Shown in pieces: positions 49,996-61,545 of a stretch of DNA of 64,000 nucleotides. This DNA comes from Lepidodermella squamata. Taxonomy: Eukaryota > Animalia > Gastrotricha. The notes under the pieces were generated by a model, which did no database searches, was not told the DNA's origin, and saw only the letters and a list, made by a program, of their open reading frames with translations. Where the stretch lies: the NCBI GenBank assembly GCA_047495785.1, contig JBLDXI010000019.1, forward strand, positions 372,001-436,000, written 5' to 3'. The translations under genes were made by a program, and so were the position numbers. Position 1 is the first letter of the stretch. Each line of letters begins with the position of its first letter.

Positions 49996-51039
49996 GTCAA
50001 GGAGCCAACTTCAAGCCAGCAAATATTCAGCGGTCATCGAAATTGTTTCCCTCCGTCTTTTTTTTCTCAATTTATGGCAATATTGACACAGTTATCACCC
50101 CTGTCCATGACATTCGGTGTTATTGCATTGTTTACTTGTTCGCGATTTCCACCCACGTGATAGAGATGATGTCACACCTCAATTAGAATCAATTATGACA
50201 AGGATGTCTGCTGAAAAACTAGAATGACGAGAAATTTATCGCCGACAATCGATAAAGGACACATTGCAGTCAACACCTAACCTCTTTCATAAATATGAAT
50301 TACTAATATGATCAACGTGATTTTGTGAAAATGAGACGTTTTCCGACAAATCTAACGTGCTCCTCTTTGCACGTGTGAGCAGGCTCACGTTCACAATAAG
50401 GAATTACTCAATGCGACACATTCTTTCTTCAGTAGTCCCGCGTGAAAACACTTCAAGTTCTAAAGCATTTTCAAAGAAGAAATAAGCAAACAACTTTGCA
50501 AATTACTAATGCAGACTTTCAGGAAAATGGCCTCGACTAATTTGAAAATTCTAATGAACAGGATTGGGATCCATAAGCCATAAGTTGTGCTTATGAACTG
50601 TCACATTTTAATTGAACAATGTAATACCGTGAATGTTCAAATAGTAGCTCATTCGCTAAGTGTAGCCGAACTTATAGTCTATAGTACTGGTGAGTTGCGA
50701 ACGCTTATAGTCCATCCACGCTACAGAGATCCACATACATTACCAGACAGGATTTTTAGGCATACTGGAGACATGCTTTTCCAACCATAACTATTCTAAT
50801 TTCTCTTGCTCACGGGTTCTGAGGCTGATTGAAGCCGACGGGTTGTGCTACCGTGTTATTTTTTGCGTGACAGTGGAAACTTCACTAGTAAATGTTTAGT
50901 TTCAAAGTAGCGTTAAATTGATTGTGTACAATCAAATCGAGCAGGATCAATTTTGAACTAATCTTTTTGCCCATTCTGTCCAGCTCTTTTAGTTTCCATT
51001 GAAGCAACAGCGAAAAGCACTTCGATACAAATCCTTTCG

Positions 51040-52762
51040 ATGGCAAATCTTCCGATCATCGAATGCCCGGTAAGCTCCTTATAATGAATTTCTCAATAAT
51101 CAATAATCAATTGTGTTTCAATTTAGATATGTGGGGTTGAAACGACTAAAAAGATTAGAACAGGAGCTTACATTTGCGAGGCTTGCCGTCGCTTTTATTT
51201 GAGGCAACGAACCAACAGCCAAAATTTGAAATGTCTATCGGAAATCCCAGGACAGAACTGTTTGGATCAGGCCGAAACACAATCGGTAACCACATGGGCT
51301 GGGAAAAAGTGGCGATTTATCTGCCCAGCTTGTCGATTTGCGAAATGTGTAGCCCTGGGCGTGGGAACACGGACTCCACAAGAAGCTGCGATGGCAAGAC
51401 GAACTTCGAAAACGGCCCGGCTTGGCGACGAAATCCATTCTGATCTTGCTGAGGCTGAAGTCAACTTGGGCAGCTTCATCACCGCCGCAGATCGCTTGGC
51501 AGATGCGTTTGCAAATGTAAATTTGAAGTCTAAGATTTCCCCAAGAATTTTAAATAGTTATTTAATACCCGGGAGTGATTCCAAAAAGTAACATTCCTAT
51601 GGTAGATCTGACGAGGTTAGTCGGCCTAAGAGCTAACTGCCCTGTCCAGAGGCGCAGCCGAGGCCGGAATAGCGGGCCAAAGGACGAGTGTCCTTCCACA
51701 TACCTCGTAAAATATCTCTCGTAACTGACTTTCTGTTGTAACATTTTCCGCAGCTTACAATGAGGAAGAAGCAAGTCATCACAAGTCAACATAGCCACGA
51801 ACAACTTTGGACTGACATTATCAAGTACCACTTCTCGCCCCAAGTATCAGCCCTAAAAGACTTCTTAACATCCATACCAGGTAACTAAGCAAAATACTAT
51901 GGACTTTTTATGCGTAAAGACTTTCAATAGGCTTCACGGAGTGTACAGCTCAAGAACGCGCTGAACTTTTTATGGGAAGCTACCATTCTATCACCATCGC
52001 GGAGAATTACAAACACGACGTGCCGATTCCGCTCGGGATGAGCAAGGAAAACTTGTATAACGCCTTGATACTATATCCCGAGCTTATCGTAAGTTGTCCT
52101 TGATTGGGCGAAATTTGCCGATTAATCTTCTTTACTGCAGTACACATTGGCGGAGGCGAAAATTCTGAAAGAGACCATGCAACCTTGGCGGCCGAATCGC
52201 GTTGAATTCGCCTTTTTAGTAGGCTTTCTTTATTTCTACAACGGTATGAACTTTTGACTTGATTCATATTGGTTAAGATTTTTCATCTGAAGGAGGACAA
52301 TGGGGCTGCGGAAGCAATCTTTTGTTCAGTCGTATTCTCTTCAGCCTTACCGCTTTGTACCGGGCCTATTGTTACCAGTTCGGATTGGTTTCTACGCAAG
52401 AAATGTTCGATCATAGATTGCAATGCATGTTGCAATTGGTGAAAGCTTTTGGTGATGCTGGTCTAAGGCGTGTTTTGGCCCAGTACATCTACATGTTGCG
52501 GGAAAGTGGCGTTAAGAGAACTATCCTTGAAGGAAACAAATCTCTCTGGAAAGACATGTATGTTCACCTTCATAAGCGCTACCCGCCTCCAACGCTGAAG
52601 CTAAAATTCCCAGTTGCGAACTTGATGGGTCCGGGGATGATTCAACTCTTGGCTAGTCAGGAGAACGGACTCGCGGCGCCGAGTGCGCTCGAACTTGCCT
52701 TCAGCAAATCTGACCTAGAAAACTGTACCGAAATGGACGAAAGAATTTGTGTTGATGATTGA
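51040..52762 (+). CDS. Divergent nuclear receptor D
   Basis: MANLPIIECP|ICGVETTKKIRTGAYICEACRRFYLRQ...TTWAGKKWRFICPACRFAKC, GGQWGC, FGDAGLRRV. Confidence 0.8.
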
Positions 52763-53407
52763 TACAACAAGAACGAACCTTTAATCCAAGCTTTGTGCTT
52801 CAAAATTAGAACTTGTAGTAATTGACGTATCATGGAAAACAAGCTTGTCTTTTACCGTGGGCGAAATGAACGAATTGAGGGGCAGAGTGTCTTGCAATGC
52901 CCACCCGGTCCTGCCAGCTCATTCGATCAATCAGGTTTTGTAGCGCTCCGTTTTCTTTCTGGTAGAAGGCTAGCCAAAATATTTGAGATGATCACTTCAG
53001 CGTGATGGGAAGTAGGGCGCTATCCCAATGCTCCTTCTGATCAAAAACAAGCATTATTTTACTTGATATGAGCAGCACCCAACAGGTTTCCTCAGTCTGT
53101 CCAAACTGATGAGCCGTGATTATCGATTGATGAGCAATAGTGAATAGAATTACCATGTCTCTACGGATGCTACGGATCTTTTACTTGATATAATCATAGC
53201 CATACAAGTATGTCTGTTCTTCAAAGCAAGAAAAAACAAAGCAACTAAGGATTACCCATAAGTCATCACTTGACAGCTTTTAAAGGATAACCAACTAATT
53301 ATTTCAAGGTCCATTTATGGGTACTTGGTACTTGTTGTACAGTGGGTTGCAGCTTCAGTCTGCTCTATCAAGCTCTGGAACTAAAAATTTCAGCTCGGCC
53401 AAATTCT

Positions 53408-53837
53408 TCATGCCAGGCATTTTTCTCGGCGCTTGGAAGCCCTGAGTGATGCGTTATAACAGGAGACGCATAGGAAGATGCGGAATGGGGCGATGATGAA
53501 GATTGGTCGACTCAGCATTACAATAATTGCAATGATTATAATTCCCAGGAAAATTGATAACGATGATGTCACTACCGAGCATACGTAGGTATCCCTCACT
53601 TTTTCCTGTTTGCATCTAGACTTCGGTTCGCTCGGTTGTAGCAAGCAGGTATCGATAGCGGCCAAAGACAAAAAACGCAGCAAAGTAAACCATACAACCT
53701 GTTGCTCTTCTTAGGCGATCGGTAGATCCATCGAATAAGGAATCTTGTGGAGCCATGATGATGGTTGCCTGCGGTCGGGCTGCCACAACCTCGATTACTG
53801 CAGCGTTCATCACTGTCGCTGGCCGAGAATTTAGCAT
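53408..53837 (-). pseudogene. 5'-truncated, frameshifted family copy 13
   Basis: 53660-53837 is almost identical to 56075-56257. Frameshift near 53675, and similarity stops abruptly at 53837. Confidence 0.8.
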
Positions 53838-55775
53838 TCAGAATTCGGCCATTAAGAAGGCATATTTTACGATACGATCCGGATTACAACAAATTTCCCT
53901 CTACAAAAAGCTTTCTCGTTTCATCTCGGGGTTTTGGGGGTTTCCGGTTTTTCCATGAAAAAGACGCTCCTGAAGCAAGCATTCAATGTTTTTTTTATAA
54001 TTTCGATAATTGATAGTGGTAATCCGGAAGTGACCAAGCGGAAGTTGCATTTAAACCATAAATATCGATGCTAAAGGGAGTTTAGATGGTCCCATGGGGT
54101 AATTTAGTACGTAGATTTCGAATTTCGCGTCGATTTTCCCGCCAGTAGATTCAGTGAAATCGGTGTAAATGGATGATTTTGGATCGTTGATACAAATAAT
54201 GCTCAAGTCCCAGGATAACCGCGGTTTCAACCGGGTTAACCCCAGATTCCCCTGGCTAAATTTAACCGCGGCATCTCTACTCTCCACTTCCCGCATTTCG
54301 TTTTCGGAACGACCCACCATCTTCAGCTGAAAAAAACAACCGTTTTCATATCCTTATATTATTCATGCGTGCTGAGTATCGTTGGTAGCGTGGCAAGACT
54401 TGCCACCTAGGCTTTTTTTAATTTATTTGTCATTAGACATGGTTTATTGCGAGAGCAATGAATTCATGCGAGCTGCAACAGAGATGTTGCAACAAGATAC
54501 TTGATGGCAAGATAGCAGAAATACATTTTCGCATGTTGGTTTCCCCTGTTGCCTGTTCAGGGGCCTATATTAGAGGCGAAATCTTCACGCGAAAATAAAT
54601 GCGCTACTATAATGGGTGAAAGTGCTAGTAAATTAGGTAAACAGCTGAAAGCGTGTAAATTGCTACTAATTCGCGCAATTTGCTACTAGTTTGAGAAATG
54701 CGCTATTATGCTGAAAAACTTAGTGAATGAAAGTGTCGTATTTATTTCGCTTGGCTTTACGAATTAAGGTTCAGCCTGCATAACTAATATCGATTCCAAT
54801 AATCGATTTTCAAAACAAATGTTTTTTCGAAATGGGCGAGGGCTATCGGCTAAAACTTGCAATAATTGGTAAAACTAGCCTTGTTAGATTCGAGAACAGA
54901 AAAGTCAAGGCATTTGTGTATTCGGCAGTCATTTCCATGCCAATCACGAAAATTCAGATATCTCGCTTATATGGCAATTTTTTCAATTTACCATCACATT
55001 CCCGAAATACTATAGCGGTTTTGTCGAAATAGTGGCACTTCTCCACATTTGTTGTCATATTAGCTGCTTTAGCATCGCACTTGACGTTCTATGCGCTCTT
55101 AGTCAGATTTAGTAGCGCTTCGCGCGAAATAATAGCAGTTTTTGTGTCTGTTTTAGAAACGGTAGTCTGTTTTACCGTCTGTCATTCGCACGCACCCTTA
55201 TGAAAACTAATGAAAACGTATGAAAATGAAACTGATAATGAAAACTTCAGGTGACTTGGTTCAGATTTCAGGCCTGCAGCCGACTGTTTCAAAATGAAAA
55301 AAAATACAATTAGATTCAGATTCAGGCCGTCTGTTTTGAATGTAATGAGTCGACTGAGCATGTTTGTCCGGTCAACTCATGACTAATAGTTTAGACTGCT
55401 GGTTTAGACTTCAGACGAGCAGCGATCGCTGAGGGCCGCGTCGATCACATCCGCGAAGATTCAATAGAGGAACAGTGCTATTTCAACTCTATTCATTTTT
55501 GCAAAGAATTCAGCAATTTTGAAAATGTACCTATTCTGCATTCTTTGTCCTGCATGTACTGTGCGAAGTGTTGCGAATCAACAAAGCTCTGCCAGCGACG
55601 CCGTCGAGCTGGCGCAAGGGGGTGAAGGAAATGGCATTTTTTATTCGCTCTATTCTCCATCCGAAGTTTTAAATTTGATAATTAACTTGAACGAACTTGA
55701 ACGACAAACGGAATATCAGATAACAAAATAATAGTGTATACAGAGTGGTTGGGTGGGCCACGAATTTCAGCCTGC

Positions 55776-56477
55776 TCAATCAATCAGTCCGAAAATTTCA
55801 ACTCTGGGAATTTCAAATTCTTCATGCCAGGCGTTTTCGGCGTTTTCGTCGCTTGGATGCCCTGAGTTATGCATATGACCAAAATCCGCATAGGAAGATT
55901 CGGAATTGGACGATGATGAAGATCTGTCGGAAAATAGCAGCCATCCAATAATTGCAGCAATGTTAATGACAATTGATATAAATGATGTCACCACCAAGCA
56001 TATGTAGGTATGCCTCGCGTCTTTGATATTTAATATTGGGCTCATTCGGTCGTAGACCATCGCAGCAGGTATCGACAGCGGCCAAAAACCAAAAAACATA
56101 GCAAAGTAAACCATACAACCTGTTGCTCTTCTTAGGCGATCGGTAGATCCATCGAATAAGGAATCTTGTGGAGCCATGATGATGGTTGCCTGTGGTCGGG
56201 CTGCCACGGCCTCGATTACTGCAGCGTTCATCACTGTCGCTGGCCGAGAATTTAGCATACCGTTATTTTCCTTCCTTGGATTAGCTAACCCAGCGGACAC
56301 ATTTTCATCATGTGCTTGATCGAATGACGGTGGTAGATCAGTATTTGTTTTTGCATTTGATTCATCATTTGCAAAGACAGCGCCATTTTCACTTTGTGGA
56401 ACTGCTAGGTTACAATGGGACGGAGGATCCGTTGTATTTGATCCTTCATTTGAGTTTTCATTCAAGACTGTAGGCAT
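55776..56477 (-). CDS. CD225/dispanin-like membrane protein, copy 14 (inverted paralog of copy 4; PPSH/PPSF)
   Basis: MPTVLNENSNEGS start and family core. Flanks are homologous to 17740-19320 in reverse orientation. Confidence 0.85.
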   Translation of the reverse strand: MPTVLNENSNEGSNTTDPPSHCNLAVPQSENGAVFANDESNAKTNTDLPPSFDQAHDENVSAGLANPRKENNGMLNSRPATVMNAAVIEAVAARPQATIIMAPQDSLFDGSTDRLRRATGCMVYFAMFFGFWPLSIPAAMVYDRMSPILNIKDARHTYICLVVTSFISIVINIAAIIGWLLFSDRSSSSSNSESSYADFGHMHNSGHPSDENAENAWHEEFEIPRVEIFGLID

Positions 56478-56619
56478 TTTCCTAAATGGTTGGACAAAAC
56501 ATGTGACAGCTCATACTGAACTCCTAAGATAGTAGTGGAATTCTATTGATTATTAGGATGGGAGGATGAAAGAACTAAACAATTCTCGCGTGTCGTCTTC
56601 TTTTAGCCTCTATCTTGGA

Positions 56620-56782
56620 CAGAGCTGGAAAACCTGCGGGATTTCCTACGCGCCGATTTTGAAATTTCCTACTAAACTACCACTTTCTTCAACTTTTGAC
56701 TGTTTCCTAAGCCAAAATTGCCTACTTTTCCCAAAATTTCCTACGCACCTGGTGCGTCATTTCTGCAAGTTTTCCAGCTCTG
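56620..56782. mobile_element. hAT-type MITE, 163 bp
   Basis: TIR CAGAGCTGGAAAAC / GTTTTCCAGCTCTG and perfect 8-bp TSD ATCTTGGA (56612-56619, 56783-56790). Confidence 0.9.
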
Positions 56783-57330
56783 ATCTTGGATAGGAAGAAA
56801 ATTCCGGATGATGCATCGACCGGGTTTTACTCATTCGTGAGCGTTTAAGCTTAACGACAATTGCTCACGCATTAAGATGAAAATAATGCTGAACTGCCTT
56901 TGACGTGCCATGCGTGGGTTGTTTTTGACGACAAGTGAGACCGTCCGCATGAACAGTAATAAAATAGTTGGCGTAGCGATTCAAAAAGGAATTGTGTGCG
57001 AACTCATAAAAACCGTTTCACGGCCAAAAATATGGTTCCATCAGCCAAGCAAAACATATTATTTCGTAAAATATGGGACTGGTCGGAGAATTGACACCTG
57101 TATACTAAGCTGTGGACTTCAGATATCGGTTTCTAATTTGACTGAGAGTTTCAATCACACTAGTTAACATAGATTCATCCGGTTTCATAGAATTCGTCTG
57201 GTTAATGTTTATTTATCTATTTTCAAAAAATTCCTCGAATACCTACACGACAGGAGATTTTAATTCTTACAGGAAAATGTCGATCTAACAGCGTTTCATC
57301 GCTCTGAATCAAATTCATGCGGTTATTTTC

Positions 57331-59195
57331 CTTGGGACTAATAGTAGATGGACTCGACACTTCCTATCTAACGCATAATAAATCGTTCGGGGAGACCGGG
57401 GAGGCAAAAAACGTGGGGATTGATCGCGTGTTGTTTTGATCGCAGAAAAAAATGGCCGATTAACAATAAATTCAACCGCAAAACCAGCATCTCACCATTA
57501 CGCGAATTTTATGTCGTCGATTTTACGCTGGGCACATGTTTACTCCAAAACAACACACCTTTTTCTTGAATTAATTGAACCATCGCATAGATCATAGTTC
57601 GAGGATCGCAGCGATGAAAAATTTATCGGCTATTTAACTTTAGAAGCCAGTGCAATTTCGCTTTGATTATAAGCTACCGCCTTGTGCGCATAATTTTTAA
57701 GGCTGATCAATGATATTTTCACTGCCTTTTGGGGTGAAAATACACAAAATAAGGCTTGTTCATCGGACTCATTGGCCGATTACAATAGGCTTCGCAGTTC
57801 ACGCAGTGAATTTAATATTAAACGATTCCCCATAATTCCATAGGTATATCATTTGGCATTTTGCTGGCATTTTGGCATTATTGAATTTTGAAACAATTTC
57901 ATGGCTAATATGGTAGAAATCGTAAGATCTAAAAGAGCATTTGATCGGAGGCCAATTGATATTATGTTCCGCTTTCGATTACATCTCAACTATTTTTAAA
58001 CAAATGAATCAAATAATGGGGAAAGGTATGGATAAAAATATCTCAGTGGATAAAAATATTCACACGAAAGGATACTATAGTATGTTTACAAAAGTTATAT
58101 TAAAGTTATATTTTAACTGTTGCTAAATATTTTGCAAACTTTGTTCCGAAATCAAGCGGAACCAACCTCTAATCCTAACGATCATAACGCTAACTTTCGC
58201 GACTGAAAAATTGGCTATAAAAGCCAAACCCAAATTTAAATGGTGTAAAAATAGTTAGGATTACACGGAACCTTTTTATCAATGCGCCTAAAAATCCTTG
58301 CAAATTTAGAGATAATTACTCCCATATTCAGTTGTTCTTCTGAATAATGAAACATAATTTCTTATTTAGGAAGTTGAGATTTAATTATTAATTTGTTAAA
58401 TAATATTTTATTTTTTGGCATCGTAGCGTGCGTCCTTCGTTGCTCTTTTTGAATCTTCAAGAATTATTTTCATATCGCTTATACCTGCGGAGAAATCGTG
58501 ACCCCATTGCCCAAGATTGGCAATTTTTCGCCGCTTAACACTTTAACTGCCAAAATTAGACTGCGAGATCCGATATTTGGATCCAAATCCTGGGTCTGTC
58601 GAAAAGTCCTTTTTTCTGGTCAACGGTGCTTCGTATGGCAAAATGGCCGACGGCAAAGTGTAGGCTGTAGGCCATAACCCGGCGGTTCTTTTGACACCGA
58701 ATTTGGGGGCACAAGATCTGAGCAGGTCTTTGAAAATGACAGTGAAAAAACGTCGAAATTTTGGATTAGAGCCAAAAAGCAGACCCAAGAATTGGACCTA
58801 ATTATTAGACCCACATTATGGCGCAACAATCGAAATTTCACTGTTTTTACAAGTTGATTTCTGTGCGTTCCTTGAAGTCTTTGGCCCCAAATTCGGTGTC
58901 AAAAGAACCGCCGGGTTATGGCCTACACTTTGCCGTCGGCCATTTTGCCATACGAAGCACCGTTGACCAGAAAAAAGGACTTTTCGACAGACCCAGGATT
59001 TGGATCCAAATATCGGATCTCGCAGTCTAATTTTGGCAGTTGAAGTGTTAATGGGAGAAGGCTGTGTGTTGTTGTAAAAAGTAAAAGTTATTTTCATTCA
59101 TAATTTTAGCGTGAAAAAAATCGCGATTCAGCCATTTTTTGCTCCCGTCCGAATGATTTTGAGGAGTGTCGAGTCCATCTACTATTAGTCCCAAG
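57331..59195. mobile_element. Non-autonomous TIR element, superfamily uncertain
   Basis: 31-bp TIR CTTGGGACTAATAGTAGATGGACTCGACACT. Flanks TTATTTTC / CTATTTTC give an 8-bp TSD with one mismatch. It interrupts sequence that is continuous at about 17720. Confidence 0.8.
58539..59047. mobile_element. piggyBac-type foldback MITE nested in 57331-59195
   Basis: TTAA|CACTTTAACTGCCAAAATTAGACTGCGAG ... CTCGCAGTCTAATTTTGGCAGTTGAAGTG|TTAA with arms of about 170 bp or more. Confidence 0.85.
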
Positions 59196-60113
59196 CTATT
59201 TTCAGCCTTTCACGATCAAAAATTTTACTGAGATCTTTTATAGTTGATCGTGGCGCAGGATTGACTAGGATTGACTAGGACTCGAAGCAAATAGTTATAG
59301 GGCATAACTACCCACATGCACAGAAACTCACTCTGCTCTGAGGAGCAAAATGACTTGCGTAGAAAGTACAAAGGTTATGACAATTCTTCTCAGCGATATA
59401 AATTCATTTTTCCAAACATGGGATTCACCATTCAGGTTTCAAAAGTTTCCAAATAACAAACGAAGGTGTGCGACAAAAGTTCTGCGCATTCAAAATTGTA
59501 CAACGAATGATTTATGTCGTACTGCTATATGTCTTTCTGTATCAAATGTTCTCGTTTTCTTATTCTTCTAGCATGCTAAAGTAGGCTGACGTGATAAATG
59601 TGTCGATTGTCGATGGTTTGTTTCATATGGCCCCAAGCGACTATTACCTGCGTTTTATCCATTATCCATAAAGTGTTAATTGATGCGGTATTGTGAGTTG
59701 TAGCCGATATTGGCGTTTATTGTGAGCTACTTTTGACCATCATCGCGATTTCTGATGATTTCGTGCGGGAAATGTACAGCTAACCGGCCTGCAGATAATG
59801 TACAGTCAGGTTAAGTCTCATACGAATCAGGAACGATCCCTGGCATCCCCGGCATCTTCTAATCGGTCAATCATGTACATGCTATATGATGTTATGAGTT
59901 ATTCACTCCGGGGTCGATGCGAGCGTTAAAACGGCGCGCGACTCTATGGACATAAGTCATCTTGCTAAAACAAGCCGGCTTACTTTGGTTTCTTCAAACT
60001 TCAAACGAAAATTTTATTTATGAATAATCGGCGAGATTCTGGATCTGAGCTGAAAATAAAATCTGAAAAATTCGCGAATCTAACAATTGAATTGAACATT
60101 CATCAGATTGTTA

Positions 60114-60761
60114 TCAGCCATATAAAGCAGAATTGTAATAAGTAGGCTTGGTATCTGGCGACGATGGCGATGAGGAGGACATTTTCGCCATTACAATAAC
60201 TGCAGCCAGGGAAATTCCCAAAAAGATTGACACCGATGACGTCACTATCGAGCAAATGTAGGTACCCCTCGACTTTATGCTAGTAGCTTCTTGACTTCGG
60301 TTTTTTCTGCTATAGCATATCAAAGCAGGAATCGACAGCGGTAAACATCCCAAGAATATTGCAAAGCCTGTCATCCAAGCTGCTGCTTTCCTGAGGCGAT
60401 TGGTAGATTCATCGAACGAAACTCGAGCAGCCATGATGATAATAGCCTGCGGCTGGGCAGGCATAGGCTCAACAGAAGATGCACCACTTATTTCCGTCGC
60501 TGGAAGGTAACTTTGCACAGTAATATCGTACTTCCTTGGATAAACGGGCCCAACGGCTTCCCGACGTCGCTGCTCTCTGATTTCATAAAATCTGCTTCTG
60601 TCCGCTACAGGCGCAGGTTGAGTTTGCATTTGAACCGCTGTATCTATTTGGGAAGGCCGTGGTCCCGGACCTTGTTTGCCGTCCGTTATCTGAGTTAACT
60701 CTTGTTCGTAGTAGACGTTAGCTTGGCCATAAGTTTGAAAAGCTGGATTGGTATAGCTCAT
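60114..60761 (-). CDS. CD225/dispanin-like membrane protein, copy 15
   Basis: MSYTNP N-terminus as in copy 16, and core QPQAIIIMAARVSFDESTNRLRKAA as in copies 1-7. Confidence 0.87.
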   Translation of the reverse strand: MSYTNPAFQTYGQANVYYEQELTQITDGKQGPGPRPSQIDTAVQMQTQPAPVADRSRFYEIREQRRREAVGPVYPRKYDITVQSYLPATEISGASSVEPMPAQPQAIIIMAARVSFDESTNRLRKAAAWMTGFAIFLGCLPLSIPALICYSRKNRSQEATSIKSRGTYICSIVTSSVSIFLGISLAAVIVMAKMSSSSPSSPDTKPTYYNSALYG

Positions 60762-61545
60762 TTTTTAAAAGCTGAGATTAATGAATGATTGAATAAAAAA
60801 GAAAACGAGTGATTGAATGAATGAAAGGAAGATGAAAGCGTTTCGAGAGTGAATGGAGTAAATGGGTTAAGCTAAAATTAGCCAATATGTCTGTTAGAAT
60901 GCAAGTACCTCTGTGAAAGTGTTAATATTCGCTATCATTTTTTGATCCGCCAGTTAACCCCTAATGTCCCAAGTTTGACTTGCGCCCAATCTAATTAAAC
61001 GCCAAAATTGTGAAAATATATTGACAGACTTTGAATTTGGGTTCAAGTACGGCAATTAAAAATGAAATGCTCAATTAAGTTGACACTGAAACTCCTGCAC
61101 ACCTTCCCAAGTCTACCTTTCAAGTAATTACCTCCATTGGCTTTGAATTTTCAGAGATATTATAGCGGCTTGATTGATATTCATCTAGAGCTTGCTTCAG
61201 ACAGCCCAGAAGCAACACTAAACTAAAAATAAGCCAAATTAACGTTCTAAATTCGAGGTTTGCCGCCGAGGCCACGAGGTCATCTTAACATTTCCTGAAA
61301 TTCCACGAAAATGATTATTCATGCCACTCATCTATGAATAAGAACCAATCTATATAAAGATCACGTTTATTAGGAAAAAAGTCAGTGATCTTATGTCGAT
61401 TACCTAATCTTGCGCAATCAGATTAGGATTAGTGTGGTTAAATAAAGGGTGTATAATCTGGAGTACGTCTTTCATGAGAATCGATTGATCAATGTCAATT
61501 GTGAGTTTCGGATGTATTCTTGCGTTCGTAGTTCGTAGATATTCC

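Noticed and set aside
33637-52267. Many 60-140-aa antisense ORFs overlapping the SLC13, GLUT, NR and TRPN genes
   Set aside because: They are shadow frames of real coding exons.
54558-55280. hAT-like element with TGCTACTA repeats
   Set aside because: Probably TE-derived, but TIR pairing is poor and there is no TSD.
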